Source: Trichosphaerium sp. ATCC 40318 (lineage: Eukaryota > Protista > Tubulinea). From it: 64,000 bases of DNA. A model generated the notes under the pieces. It was not told the DNA's origin. It worked only from the letters and a program-made list of their open reading frames with translations, and ran no database searches. The translations under genes and the position numbers were made by a program. Shown in pieces: positions 39,532 to 52,775 of the stretch. Each line of letters opens with the position of its first letter. Position 1 is the first letter of the stretch. Location of the stretch: positions 62,001 through 126,000 of the forward strand of contig JALMLS010000369.1 of assembly GCA_038496445.1 (NCBI GenBank). The letters run 5' to 3'.

Positions 39532-42500
39532 ATGCGCAGGGGCAGTGCATTACAAGCCCATTTGTACAAAATATCTTCAATTGCAGTTCTTTTCGCTTTT
39601 TTATGCTTTGTACAACAAGGTTCTACGCAAGACGCCTTCATAGCGTCTGGAAATTCGTATGCTTCCTACAGCCTGCAAACATTCTCCAAAACTACTAACT
39701 GTGAACTCTCTGCTGGGTACGCTTGTTTCAGGTGTACACGGTGGTTGTTCATAGTGATTTCTAGGTTTTATAACGAAACGTTACCAGCAATTATAGATAT
39801 TGTTGTTAATACAACATATTATCCTTTACCATCCATTGCAGTAGAAAAAGATCTTGTATTTATTATAGCAGAACCACATGCTATTCAAGTTTACAAATTT
39901 GATTCAACAAATGAAATTGATTTAATTGGTGCTGTTCGGTTACCTCAGGTGCGTGTTGTCTGAGGCTTTTAATGACTTCAACAATCTACCTTGCTGTTTA
40001 CTAAATGATTTTTTGAAATAATCAGAATTCGAGTACCTTCAGGAATCGTTTAGCTGTAAAGGGCAATGTATTAGTTACTGATACTGATAAATGCATGTAT
40101 GTCTATAACACATCAGACTTGAATGCTGAGCCATTTATATATGGTTATAAAGACGCCTATGAAACACAAGAGCTGCTGTTTCAAACACCAATATTATGGA
40201 GAGTTAGAGAAGATGGTTCTATTACTGTATGTTTATTGATATCAATAGTTTCTTTTCCACCATTTTGAAGTAACACTAGGGCACGTGGAGTAACTCAATA
40301 CTTGTGAGTAACATTGACAAAAATACTGGAAAGCGTACTGTACTAGACAGAAACTTGTATGCGCAACTAGTTGGTGGTATCGCCGCTGACTCAGACTCTC
40401 CGTATTACGGTGCAACGTTCCGTGATTTCTTTGGCGAAATAGAATTCTGTAATGATTTCTCAAGCACCTGTTTTCAGGATTTGGGTGGAGCAAGTAGTCT
40501 TATCAGGGAAGGCCCTGGATCATATGATTGGGGTCCGTGCGGTGACGGTAGTAATACAACAGAGTGTTTGTATGTTATGGCTGTAAAAAAGTTTTTTACA
40601 GACGATTATGTAATAGTTTTAAGGGTACAGTATTTTATTATCCCCTCTAATTGTGATTGTTTCTTAACCTTTATTAGATATCTAATGACTTAAAAGTAGA
40701 CATAGTAGCGCCAACACTATACTATAGATCATATTATGAACCAACAGAATCACACTTACAAGTTTATTCGGCCACCAATGGTGTTCATATTTACTACGCA
40801 GACAAGCTAATGGATTGGAAGATTCCAGTCCCGTTAGGACATCAATACACAGACAATTTCCCTTACCCTACCCCTTGCCCCCCTGGTACATATAAAGATA
40901 CGCACGATATAGGACCTTGTTTACTGTGTCCCAAAGGCAGTCACCAGCCAAATCAAGGTACCTAACAACTTGTTTTCTGTAGTGTATTTTTTTGGTTCTT
41001 ACTTTGATATTTCTACATCTAGGCTCATCACGTTGTACTCCATGTAGCAATAAGGACCATTGCCGAGGCGGTACAATTATCCCTTCGTCTCTACCACCAG
41101 AACAGTTATCATCATTCTATTCATTCGAACCCACCTTCCGCGAATCTCCACAACAACATTTTCTGAAAGTAATATCTCACCCGCAATCGGTAGTATTCTT
41201 TACATTGACTCTACTACTTATCTTGTTTATCATAACTATTGGTATTGCGTGTGTGATATTGTTAAATTGTGGGTGTAGCACATCCATTATCATAAGAGTA
41301 ATACACGCCGTTGATATGAATAAACAACTCGTTTTCGAAAAACCAGAATGGAGAGGTGATATTTTTGGAGGGTTGATCACTTTCACCATGATTGGAATGG
41401 TGATACTTACTATAAGTGCTGAAACAAGTGTTTACTACTCTTACAAATCAACACCCTTCAATATGAACTGTACATCAACACCTGATATAAACGCTCATCG
41501 AACACGTGCTCTCAGAAACACAGATGCAGGATTTATTGATTCTAAAACGTTAGATGAATATAAAAGACTCGAAGAGTACGTAAGTGTTAGAATGTTAATT
41601 TAATAATTGAAATAAGGTCTATTGTCTATATAAATATCACGTGGTACGTAAGCAGAAGTATTTTCTCCGATTTTCTTGTTTTTTTCCATCTTTTGATTTT
41701 TGTTCCTTTAACCTTGTTGCACAAGGCATGATTTGAAGAATTTTGGAGAGTTTTTCAACCCCCAAGCTTTAGTAGTAATTTTTGATAATCATCAAAAACA
41801 GTTGAGCACTCATATTACTGCAAAAGAAAACAGGTATGTGCGCCCTTTATGTATCTACTAAGACAAAAAATAGTGTGTTGATCAAAGCAAATTTACCATC
41901 ATCATTTGACGTCATTATTGCTGACTATGTGTCATACAGCGCCATAACAATATGCACTTATACAAATATTACACATCGTATGTCAAACTTTTCTTTGCTC
42001 CAAACATATAGGAAACACTCTGAAGGTTTTTTTGACTTAGCATTTATTTTAGCCACAGTCACTTCAGTAAATATTTCACCACCATTACCTGCATTCATGC
42101 CATCATTGGACTACTCTATTGATATAGTTACAACTGCTGTTATTAGAAACGTTCATAGTTACACACATGGACACCTTGAAAGTTACTTGGGACTAAATGC
42201 AAAACATGCTCAAGAAAAAGCGAAATTTCCAAAACTGTTTAATGATACAAGTATTTACTTCAGGAGTCCTCGTGGACCCCTCGGTGGTCCAAAGTAAGTC
42301 TTAGCTTTATTCATTTATTATTCATTGCTCATGTGTCTTAGACTACATATTGCGCTGTCACAGAATAATGAGCTATTTTATGAAGAAGATACCTTGTATT
42401 TTACACGAACAGGACTTATTACTTCTATGTTAGTTGTCATGACTGTTATTTATAATATTGGTATAGTCGTTAACAATATTGAAAAAAAACTAAAACTACT

Positions 42501-42598
42501 GCTTTGGACAAGGCATAGAAAACGTGAGGTATCTACCTCCTTAACACATTATACCAAATTACTCTAACACTATGTAGTCGTATCAAGATATCAACTAA
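39532..42598 (+). CDS. Large membrane protein: signal peptide, beta-rich ectodomain, GCC2/GCC3-type Cys repeat, about 3 TM helices
   Basis: Hydrophobic N-terminus; PCPPGTYKDTHDIGPCLLCPKGSHQPNQG|SSRCTPC; TMs VVFFTLTLLLILFIITIGIACVIL, IFGGLITFTMIGMVILTI and GLITSMLVVMTVIYNIGIVV. Confidence 0.6.
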
Positions 42599-42970
42599 AT
42601 ATCATGACTGCCAATTGTGTAAAAAAAAACGTGTTTCTTTGTTATGATGTCGCCCTAATATGGAGGCGCACACAAGTTATATAAAACCAATTGCAGTAAT
42701 AGATACTATTGTTTACCCTTACACCAATGACAGTGTATCCCAAACCGTTACTGACACCTTTAAAATATTTTTTTACAAAGGCATGTGCAGTATAGAACTT
42801 ATTAAACTGCGTGAGCAGCCTACTATAAACCATCTCAATATGCATTGTACAGATTCCTTAAAATGATAGTTGAGTTGTGAACATACACCTACTGTGCTAC
42901 GAAAAATTAAGTACATTACAACACAAGCAAAGTTTTTTTTTGTAGTTTATTTACAAACATAAGTATCTCT

Positions 42971-45100
42971 CTAAGCATTGCTTTCCTCCTGTGCTGCCTT
43001 TACATAATGCTCTAGAGTCCATACATAAGTAGCTGGTTTCGTAGCATCAGTTATGACTAATTTATCGCTCTTTGGAGTGAAAACAGCTTTGGACGCCTTA
43101 GCTGACTTTGCCCATTGAGTTCGTGGCCATTTAAATACTCTGAATGAAGGCACGTGGATCTTTAACGAAGAGTAAGAAATATTTCATCTTTTCTTTCTTT
43201 TTTTAATTACGTACCATACGCATTGCACCAGGTTCTTGGTAAGAAGCATATACAAGAACTTGTGCATCATGTGACCATGATATTGTAGAAATTTGTGTTG
43301 ACAAGTTCATTTTAACAGCAAGAGGCTTTACTGGTACTCTACCATTACCATCAAGCTGATATACATTTAGAACACCCATATCAGAGCCAGTAGCAAGGAA
43401 CTATTACAATGTCAGTAATCAACACTCAAAGTACAACGTCATTACGAGAAACAACAAGGAACTGAAAAAAAAACAAGCTAAATAATTACATACCTGGCCG
43501 TTTGGAGAAAGTTTCATTGCTGTAACTTCTAGTGCACCCTCATCATGAGCATTTTGTACCATTTGAAATGTATCCATGTCCCATACACGTATACTTCCTC
43601 CCTCTATAATTTTCAAAGGAGGTAAGGTCTCAACAGTACGGGTAACAAAAAAAAAACGAGAGAAGAGTTACGTACTGTGTGCTACATACAAAAATTTACC
43701 AGAAGGATCGAAAGTCATGCATGTGATTGTTTCAGCACCAGCTCTTAGTGCACGAACTGCTTGAAATGTGTTTTGGTAAATCACATAAGCTTCAGAGTAT
43801 CTATTCACTAAATAACAAAAATAAGCACAAAACACGTGTAGCTTGTTTGAAGAAACAAAAAAAAATTAACGTACAAACGAGAGCAATGTATTTCCCTCTA
43901 GGGCAGACCTCAATATATCTAAGTACTTGAGTATCCAAAGGTCTGTTCGATAGAGCTTTATGTGCGCTCACAACCTCAACACGTCCATCTGAAACCGATA
44001 CAACGTACAAACTTAACAAAAAGTGTTAACAGTAAACAGAAACTTGTGATTAATTTCAAAAAAGAAAATCTCGTACAATGGTTTCTTGAGCAAGGAAAAT
44101 ACGATGTGTAGACCATCACTCGTCCATTTCAAGTTTGCTATAGATGACTTCAATTGCTAAAAGTATAGTGTTAATATATAACACTATTTTGATATCATAG
44201 AATACGTACTGAAAGAAGAAGACGGCGGACTGGTACAAACTCTTCTTTTTTTACAGAAAAAATGTCAATCCGATGTTTGCTAAAAATTGTCACTCCAGTT
44301 CATCCAAAATTTATACTACATACTCTGCGAATGCTATAAAATGTCCACTCGGGTGGAAATCGTATCGTTGTCGGTACTAAGTAATGTTAAAAATGAGATA
44401 TTAAAATATTCTTTCATTACCAATTTTTTTGATAAAACTGTTGATCTGTAACCTTTTGATTGAATCAAATCACTCTTCAATACGCTCTTATCAACACCGT
44501 CAATAAGTGACTCTGTATTCAATACACCCTTTTCATATAACTCTGCAACAAATGGATCATCTAGCTCGGACTGCGCCTTCTCCAAACTAACACACAAGTC
44601 ATGAACACGTGCCAAAAAAAATATAACTTACTTTTCTACCGAAGCCCAACTTCCGTGACCAGCAGCATGACGCTCTTTGTACATTTTCCTAGACTCTTTG
44701 GTAAAGTCACTCCATTGCTAACAACATTTTAAGAACAACAAGAAATGTGAGAAAGCAAAACCAACCTCATCTTCGTCATCAACCCAAGCTGCTTCTTTTT
44801 CTTCGGTCTGAAAACGAACCTATCAGCTTAAAATCGTTTTAAATAATGACGTACTGGTTTCTTTTTATCCTCTCCTTGGTCTTCAGGCTTAGATTCATTG
44901 TCAATGTCAATTAATGACCCGCCACTGAGTAGATTGCCGAAAAGCTTCTGTGTAAGCCTTAATTCTTCTTGTTTATCAAAACCAAGAGGCTCGCTTGGCG
45001 TTTGTGACACTTTACGCTTTTTGTTTGGCGTTTGCTTATTTTCCCTTGGACGCTTCTTACTAGGGTTCGAAGTCATGTCTAATGCCGTTGTGGTGCTCAT
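42971..45100 (-). CDS. UTP18: U3 snoRNP WD40 protein UTP18-like
   Basis: EELRLTQKLFG, AAWVDDEDE, WD repeats (GSIRVWDM; LATGSDMGVLNVY), C-terminal MRM|IHVPSFRVFKWP paralleling UTP18. Confidence 0.7.
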
Positions 45101-45486
45101 AACTGTAATTGAGTTAGTTTTTATGCTAGTAACCGTATATACGCATTAATACGCTTAATACACCATATAAAACGCCACCTCCACATTCTGATTTTTGTAT
45201 TTCTCAAAAAACGTTTGTACAAAGAAGAAAAGGAGTATAACGTAGCAACGACGCAAAAACCGCAACAATCTTGGTTATTACCTGTTTTTTCCTAACCTCA
45301 GTACTTAGGTAATGCAATAGGTTTCTTACGGTATAACTAGCACCACGGATGATAATACTAAGCTGTACAACAGTGTAAAGTCAACTTAAAATCAACACCA
45401 AAAATGTGACTTCCAGTCGAGCAAAAAACGAATTACAATATAGCAAAAACACTAGTTCGCATATCTAAATAACACAGTTCATTTAT

Positions 45487-47138
45487 TCATTCACGTGTAC
45501 ATTTGAAAACAATAGCAAAAATTTGTGTTTCTTGACGATCCCTACTAGCTAACTCAGTTGTTGATACAAGCTCCCAGTTATATTGTTTTTGAGTTAACAA
45601 TCTAATACGTTCTGAATTGAATGCGCAACTAACAATGATACAATACCCATCCTAAGATGAAAAAAAAATAAGAAAAACTGACTTCATACGAAATGCTTAA
45701 AGAGAATGTTTGTACCTTCTTTAAAGCGGATGAAACTGCTGTTAGAGCAATATCTAGGTTTTCAAGTGAAGCTGGGGTACAGAATATAGCATCTAGAGTT
45801 CCCTTATCAATGACAAGGTCGAACCCACCCTTAGGAGCTACTTTTTCGTCTAACTTTTTGATATCCATCATAAAGTACTTGCAGCCTTTGATATCCTTGT
45901 CTATCGCTCTCTCTTGCATATAAGTAATAACAGATCCAACAAAATCAATATTAACAGAGTCTTTAAAGCCATCAGCCCACATCTCTTCGCTCATGAGTGA
46001 GTTTCCACAGCCGACATTTAAAATCTTTAATGAATCACGTTTTGCTTTGACATCCTCCTTACAGCAAGGCACATACTTTTCGAGTACAGGCAACACTGCT
46101 GAATAGTCTACATACCTAAATCTCATGTCAGTACAGCGTACAACCAATAAGGTTATATACCAGTCGTAGGTTAGTACATTAGAACCAGTCTTGAGCCCAG
46201 AGTATCGTTTGTCCCAAAACTCTTTACTGCCAAATACTAAAAAAACAAAAGAGTTAACAATGCCATCATTAAAAAACTGTCTTCATCTCTGCGTACAATC
46301 TCCGATTTCTTTACCCATATCACGTATGAGCTCTTCTTCTTTTGACTTTGGTGGAGGAGGTGAAGGGTTCTTTATCTTGTTTATACATTGGCTAACAGTC
46401 ATACCTTGTATAGAACGATCGTACACATCAAATATACGTAAATAGAATAACAACAGCTGTGGGTAAAAGTTTTGACGCATGCCCTCTTCCGTGAACTTGT
46501 CACCCATTATACCCTTCATTACTTTGGTTAATAGGGAAGAGGAGGATGTTGAGGCGTTTAATATACCTTTAGTATGGTATCAGCTGCATCTGTTTTTAGG
46601 TTAGGCCTCGCCCAAAATACTTTGATTTCCTTCAGTTCATTTCTGACATTTTATGAGCAAACCGCGCTGACACATTAAAATGATATTATTCGTACCTTGC
46701 TGGTTCCTTTGATAAAGTCTCAAGCTGTTGTGTGTAAATTTGAAAATACGCCTCAGCTAGGTCAGCCAATAAACCACAATTTTCTTTTAGTTTCTCTTGT
46801 AGTTTTGCTAGGCGTTAATATTATTGGGTTGCAGTTATCAAGGCATATTTGCGTTACCGTATGTGTACTTTATTGTATCTGCGTTATAGTCCGCAGAAAT
46901 CCATCCAATCTTTTCATTAAACTTCATACATAGCGTTGAAGCGTTTTCGCAGATTTTTTGAAGTGTGTCTGGCAAAATTAAATCTGTTAGGAACTTACGG
47001 AAGTTACTAGCATGTTCGCATTGCCAATTTGTCGCGTAGTGTAGGTTTTTTGTAAAGAAATCTAGCAAGCGTTACAGGTGAACATACAAAACCAATCTTA
47101 CCTGCTTCTAAACGCGAAAGTGGAGTTCGTTCAGCCAT
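45487..47138 (-). CDS. EEF1AKMT4/METTL13-like SAM methyltransferase with an unassigned N-terminal domain
   Basis: FGSKEFWDKRY, TYDW|YVDY, KILNVGCGNSLMSEEM, NIDF, FDLVIDKGTLDAI. Upstream exons appear to splice in from ATG 47138. Confidence 0.75.
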
Positions 47139-47245
47139 TTACTATTCTCGATCGTATGATATAAGTGAATAAAACGGTGGAGAATTTTTTTCTGCCAACG
47201 ATTTCACTTGACCGGCTCTTTCGTGAGTTTACGCTGATTAGCAAC

Positions 47246-49495
47246 ATGTTGAGTCGTTCATATCAAACATTCGCACGCACAAGCAGAGTAAGAGCCATTA
47301 ATGAGCTTTTTTAAACTTTATTCCAGTGCCATTCCGCTTTTTGCATGCTAACAAAACGTAGGCCACTACGGTCTCTAAAACAAAGCCAACCACAAGAGTA
47401 AGTGTAAAACCTTACGCTACTGGCAAAGATCTTCGTTTTGGTTCAGAATGCCGTGCTCTCATGCTCCAAGGTGTCCAAAAGCTTGCAGACGCTGTACAAG
47501 TAACTTTGGGACCAAAGGTAAGCAGTGAGTTACAATTGAAAAAGAGGGCTGAAAACAATTTTAGGGCAGAAACGTGATCCTTGAGCAATCATTTGGATCT
47601 CCTAAGATTACAAAGGATGGTGTCACTGTCGCAAAACACATCGAGTTCTCGGATAAAATGATGAACTTGGGTGCTCAACTTGTACGCTCCGTAGCAAGCA
47701 AGACCAACGACCAAGCTGGAGATGGTGCGGAAAAATTAACCAAAAACTTTCGAATTAACTTGAAAAATAGGTACAACAACCGCCACAATCCTCACACGCG
47801 CCATCTACCAAGAGGGATGTAAATCCGTAGCCGCTGGCATGAACCCAATGGATTTGCGTAGAGGTATCAGCCTCGCCGTCGAAAAGATGTTGAAAGAGCT
47901 CGACAGATTGAGCAAAACAATCACATCCACTGAAGAGACACAACAGGTAACTTAGTATTAAAATACGATACGTCTTCCGCCAACACACTCTATAAAGGTA
48001 GCTACAATCTCTGCAAACAGCGACAAAGAGATTGGTTCCATGATCGCCGAAGCCATGCAAAAAGTAGGCAAAGAAGGTGTAGTCACAGTCGAAGACGGAA
48101 AAGCAAACTACAGTGAGATCGAAATTGTAGAAGGTCTTAAATTCGACCAAGGAACTCTATCCCACCACTTCGCAACTGATAAAAAAACACAAACTTGCGT
48201 ACGCTCTCTAGTTCATAAAACGCGTTCTTTCGTTTTCTAATCGCGAAAAAATCATTAACGAGTTCTTTTAGGAGTACAAAGACTGCAAAGTTCTTATTGT
48301 TGACAAAAAAATCTCAAATGTACATGACCTTGTACCAATCCTTCAACAATTGTCTCAATCCCGTAAACCATTCCTCATCATTACTGTTGACGGTACGCTT
48401 TTTTTTTTTTTTGGAAGCGAACTTGTTCTTGTGTTGGATTTTCTTCGCTTTTACTTATAGTGATATTTAGGTATGGAATCAGATGTCCTTGCTACCCTCG
48501 TTTTGAACAGATTGCGTGGTATGCAAGTAAGTTAAAAGTGGTTTAGAAAGAGTAATAAGAATGCTCATTTTTTTCCTCTTCTAGGTTTGCGCCGTAAAAG
48601 CTCCAGGTTTCGGCGACTTCAGAACCGCTACACTTCAAGATATCGCTGTCGCAACTGGTAAGATAATAGAAACTTTGAAATAATATCTGACGTACATTTT
48701 TAGGCGCTACAGTCATCAGTGAAGAACTCGGATACAAACTCGAAGATGTAACCATGGAACAACTTGGTACAGTAAAGCACGTTAAGGTTACCAAAAACGA
48801 TACCATCCTCATTGATGGTGCTGGTGACAAAACTGCTATTGATGAACGTTGCGACCAAATCCGTGGTATCATCAAAGAGACTGATTCCGATTACGAAAGA
48901 GAAAAGGCAGAACAACGTTTGGCTAAATTGACCGGAGGTATTGCTATCCTAAAGGTTGGTGGTGCTAGTGAAGTTGAAGTTGGCGAAAAGAAAGATCGTG
49001 TTACTGATGCTCTTAACGCTACACAAGCAGCTCTCGCTGAGGGTATTGTACCTGGTGGTGGTACCGCTTTGTTGTACGCTTCACGCGCTTTGAAAGATCT
49101 CAAGGGCGAGAACATGGCACAAAATGTTGGTATTCAAATTGTAGCCAACGCTGCACAAGCTCCTTGCAAACAAATTGTCAACAACGCTGGACAAGAAGGT
49201 GCTATCGTTGTTGGTAAGCTCTTGGACCCTCCAGTTGGAGAAGTCGATGAGAACCGTGGATACAACGCCCAAACAGGCGACTACGTCGACATGCTTGAGG
49301 CTGGTATCATTGATCCAACCAGAGTTGTCAGAACTGCACTCACAGATGCTGCTTCCGTTGCATCCCTCATGACCACATCTGAATGTATGGTCACCGAGGA
49401 AGTTAGCTCAGACTGTACGCAAATTATAAAAGCAAATCGTACTTTTTTTGATAATCACTAATACCTTATTAGCATCAGCACCAGCTGGTCCTCCA

Positions 49496-49558
<63 letters not shown>

Positions 49559-49576
49559 GGTGGTATGGACTACTAA
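47246..49576 (+). CDS. HSP60: Mitochondrial chaperonin HSP60 (Cpn60)
   Basis: Basic/hydroxylated presequence; [11 protein letters not shown]|[17 protein letters not shown]|TTTAT, GIVPGGG, GIIDP; C-terminal (GGM)n tail. Confidence 0.97.
49495..49567 (+). repeat. Coding (GGM)n repeat of the HSP60 tail
   Basis: ggcggcatg repeated about 8 times. Confidence 0.9.
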
Positions 49577-50006
49577 GATGTCTTGCCCTTTTTGAGCGCT
49601 CAATACAACTATTTCTGTCTGGTCTACCACGGCTTAAGCATATACGGCATTTAAGATCTGTGGGTTACCAACGATAAGCTAAAAAAAAAAAGTACTAATA
49701 AAACAATTTTAAAATAAGCGTTGGCTTTATCAATATGTCTTTTGTTTGTGTTTTCAATTTGGTCTTCAATCCCAATTTGATATTTAAACAATCAAGTTCG
49801 TTTTTGTCAGAAACAATACGCAATGATAAACGTATAAGTACATGCGGGGAGTATCTTTTGTTGGAGTCAGCTGAATTATTAATGTTGCCATTTTTTTCTA
49901 TTTTCAGCTTTTCTCTCTTGGCAGTACAGCAAGTAAAGAATCATGATTAAACGCACTTCTGTAAGAAAATAATCCCTTCTACTTCGCAAAAACGCAGTTC
50001 GAGCGA

Positions 50007-52424
50007 ATGTCCAGTGAAGACAGTAGTAACAATGAAACCAGCAACGAGGATGTTGCAAGCGAATCAGTAGAGAGTCCAAAAACAAAAACAAGCAGTGGGA
50101 AGCCACCAAAAGCGCGTTCTACCCCTGATGTGCAGAAACGGTCGCAAAAGTCACGGGATAAGCTCGGAGACACACCTGGAGATACAAAGAGGAAGGCTAG
50201 TCGAAGTAAGCCAGAACTGAAACGATCAAGTTCTCCTGACAGACAAGGCGCTATCAAGAAGAAAAAACGCCATAAGACTTCTTCTAAGCACCCCTCGCCA
50301 AAGGTTCAACGTACAAAGGGCACAACTGACTTGAAAGCAACGACAAGTAGTGGCAAGCATTCAAAAAAGGCAAACAAGAAACGTACAGCGTCTGTATCGA
50401 TGGAAACTTCAGCTACAAAAGAGCGAACCGACAGTTCCCCTAGAACCAAAAGTGACGAAAATAACGAGGAAGTATCTGGTGACAAGGCGTCCGAGGCGTC
50501 TGAATCGACAGATAACAATAACAACGAACTCAATAAAAAGAAAAAACTTGCTACGAGCACAGCAAGTACGAAGCGGTCTAAATTAACGAATGCAGGCGAT
50601 TTTTCGAGTTCCGAAGGCACACCATCTAAATCGCGCACGTCAACTGTAGAAGAGGTTGATCCTATGGCGTCTATTCCTACAACACCCGTACTGGACAAAC
50701 AACGCAAGCCCAAACCTGCCAAAGCTCCGGTAAAGACAGCACAAATGCGCAAGTCCGACTCTAGCAGTGTCATGGTATCCAAGAATAAACCAGAGCTTTC
50801 TACGGGTAAAAAGAACCACAGATCGGCTGAGGAAAAAGGTAAACATGCAAAAGGTGGAGGAGGCATTTTCGGTAAATTCTTTAATAAGGTACCATTTATT
50901 GACGCTCCTGCGTTCATTTTCTTGCTTTTCGTGCACAAAAACTAACCCCAATAACAATAGAAAAAGAAAAAAGATGAAGGTGGTAAAGCGCGTCGTAATA
51001 CACATAGTCGCTCGCGACAAGTCATAACTGCTGATTGTTTTTCTGATTTACCTTCCGATTTACAAAAAAAAATCACCAAAGCAAAATTGGATATTCAGCA
51101 GGTCAATGACAACTTTAAGTATTTATTGAATATATTGCACTTTTTGACAAAGGATGTCTATCGTACTACAGATCATGTTCCTGAAGAGAGACGATCCCGA
51201 CAACCTTATGCGTCAACACAAATGATGCAAGCAGCAAGTACGTTGTTAATTAATTGGTTATGATTTGATTGATGAATCAATTTATATTTGCGTTTTATTT
51301 ATTAATGGTTTTTTTTAGAGGCTTCGCTGAAAAGACCAGAACGAGATATTAAAAAACACTACAGAAATATAGAATTTAGTGGTAAAGGGTACGTATGGGT
51401 TCTTGGTCATTTTTTTAAAATCGGGTTTTGTTTTTGCGTTTTGGTGCTTTTACTTCAATTTGGTGCTTACTGGACGTCTTAGTGGTTTCGGTAAAGTGTT
51501 TGTAGCAAAAAATTGCGCCACAAAGCAACGTGTTGCGATAAAGAGGCTCCCTCATATAACAGAGAAAGATAGACGTAATAACTACTGTGAAATTAGTTTC
51601 CTCTCTTCAGCGAAGCATGATAATGTTGTAAAGTACCATGAATCCTGGATCGTAAAGGAAGAGACTTGGATTGTTACAGAGTTTCTTGAAGGAGGAACAC
51701 TTAATGAGGCCGTTAAAGTGCATCAATTTTCGGAGCGTCATATCGCATATGTATCACGTGAAATATTGAAAGCATTAAAGCACTTGCACCGGATGAACTA
51801 TGCTCATCGAGATTTGAAGTCTGGTAATATTATGATGTCCATAGGTATGAATTAGAGCTCCTTTTATGATTATTATTTAACAAATACTACTTTAGATGGA
51901 CGCATTAAATTAATTGATTTTGGCCTCTGTGCGGATGTAACCAAAGGTGCACGTACTCAGATGCTTGGTTCTCCTTATTGGATGCCTCCTGAGATGATAA
52001 TGCGCGTTGGTCATGATGTAAAGGTTAGTAGACCGCCGATTCACACAAAACCATTGCTAAACGGCTTTACTAGGCGGATATTTGGTCGTTTGCCATTTGT
52101 GTGCTTGAAATGTACCTTAAGGAACCACCTTATGCTAGTTCTAGGCTGAGAGTACGTCCATTTTTAGTTGAGTTTTGTTTACGTCCTGCTTAGGCAATGT
52201 TTTTGGGTTCTGTTGGGAGAACAAAGGAAGCGATTCCACCACGAGCCTCTAAGTTGGCAAACAATTTTTTGAAAAAATGTCTCCTGGTTGATCCAAACAA
52301 ACGCGCTACAGCAAATGAACTCTACAAGCACGAGTTTGTCAACCAATCCGGGCTCTCGCAAGGCATTAAGGATGTCTTACGAGGCGTCTTTGTATCCAAT
52401 AGCCTGGCTTTATCTGGCATCTAA
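50007..52424 (+). CDS. STE20/PAK-family Ser/Thr kinase with a long S/K/T-rich N-terminus
   Basis: GKG|[69 protein letters not shown] resembles the PAK inhibitory-switch segment. Confidence 0.88.
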
Positions 52425-52775
52425 AAGGGCTTGGCGCCTACACATGAGATATATTTAAAATCGGAATCATCCAAACCGTGCATGTTGCCATTACCATCCA
52501 GGTGTAAACAAAAACTTGTACTATACTTCAGGCAAAAAAAAATACGACATTACTTAACCTTGTAAATGGTCTCGAGCTTTGGGTTTTTTTGGTGCAATTT
52601 GTTAAACACCCGAAACTGCAAGCTGAACAGTATTATGCTATATGGTCACTACTAGTACCTATTCACTGCATGTAGAGCAGTATCGGGTACTGCGAGTAGC
52701 CAACACAAGTCATACTTATTCTTTGACTCATTCTCGTCTTTCCGCCCTCTACCAAGCAGCACATACCGCTTCGAA

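Noticed and set aside
50306-50938. Long antisense ORFs (also 28306-28698, 54015-54489, 48543-49272, 17722-17923)
   Set aside because: These are shadows of real sense-strand genes or low-complexity repeats, with no recognisable motifs.
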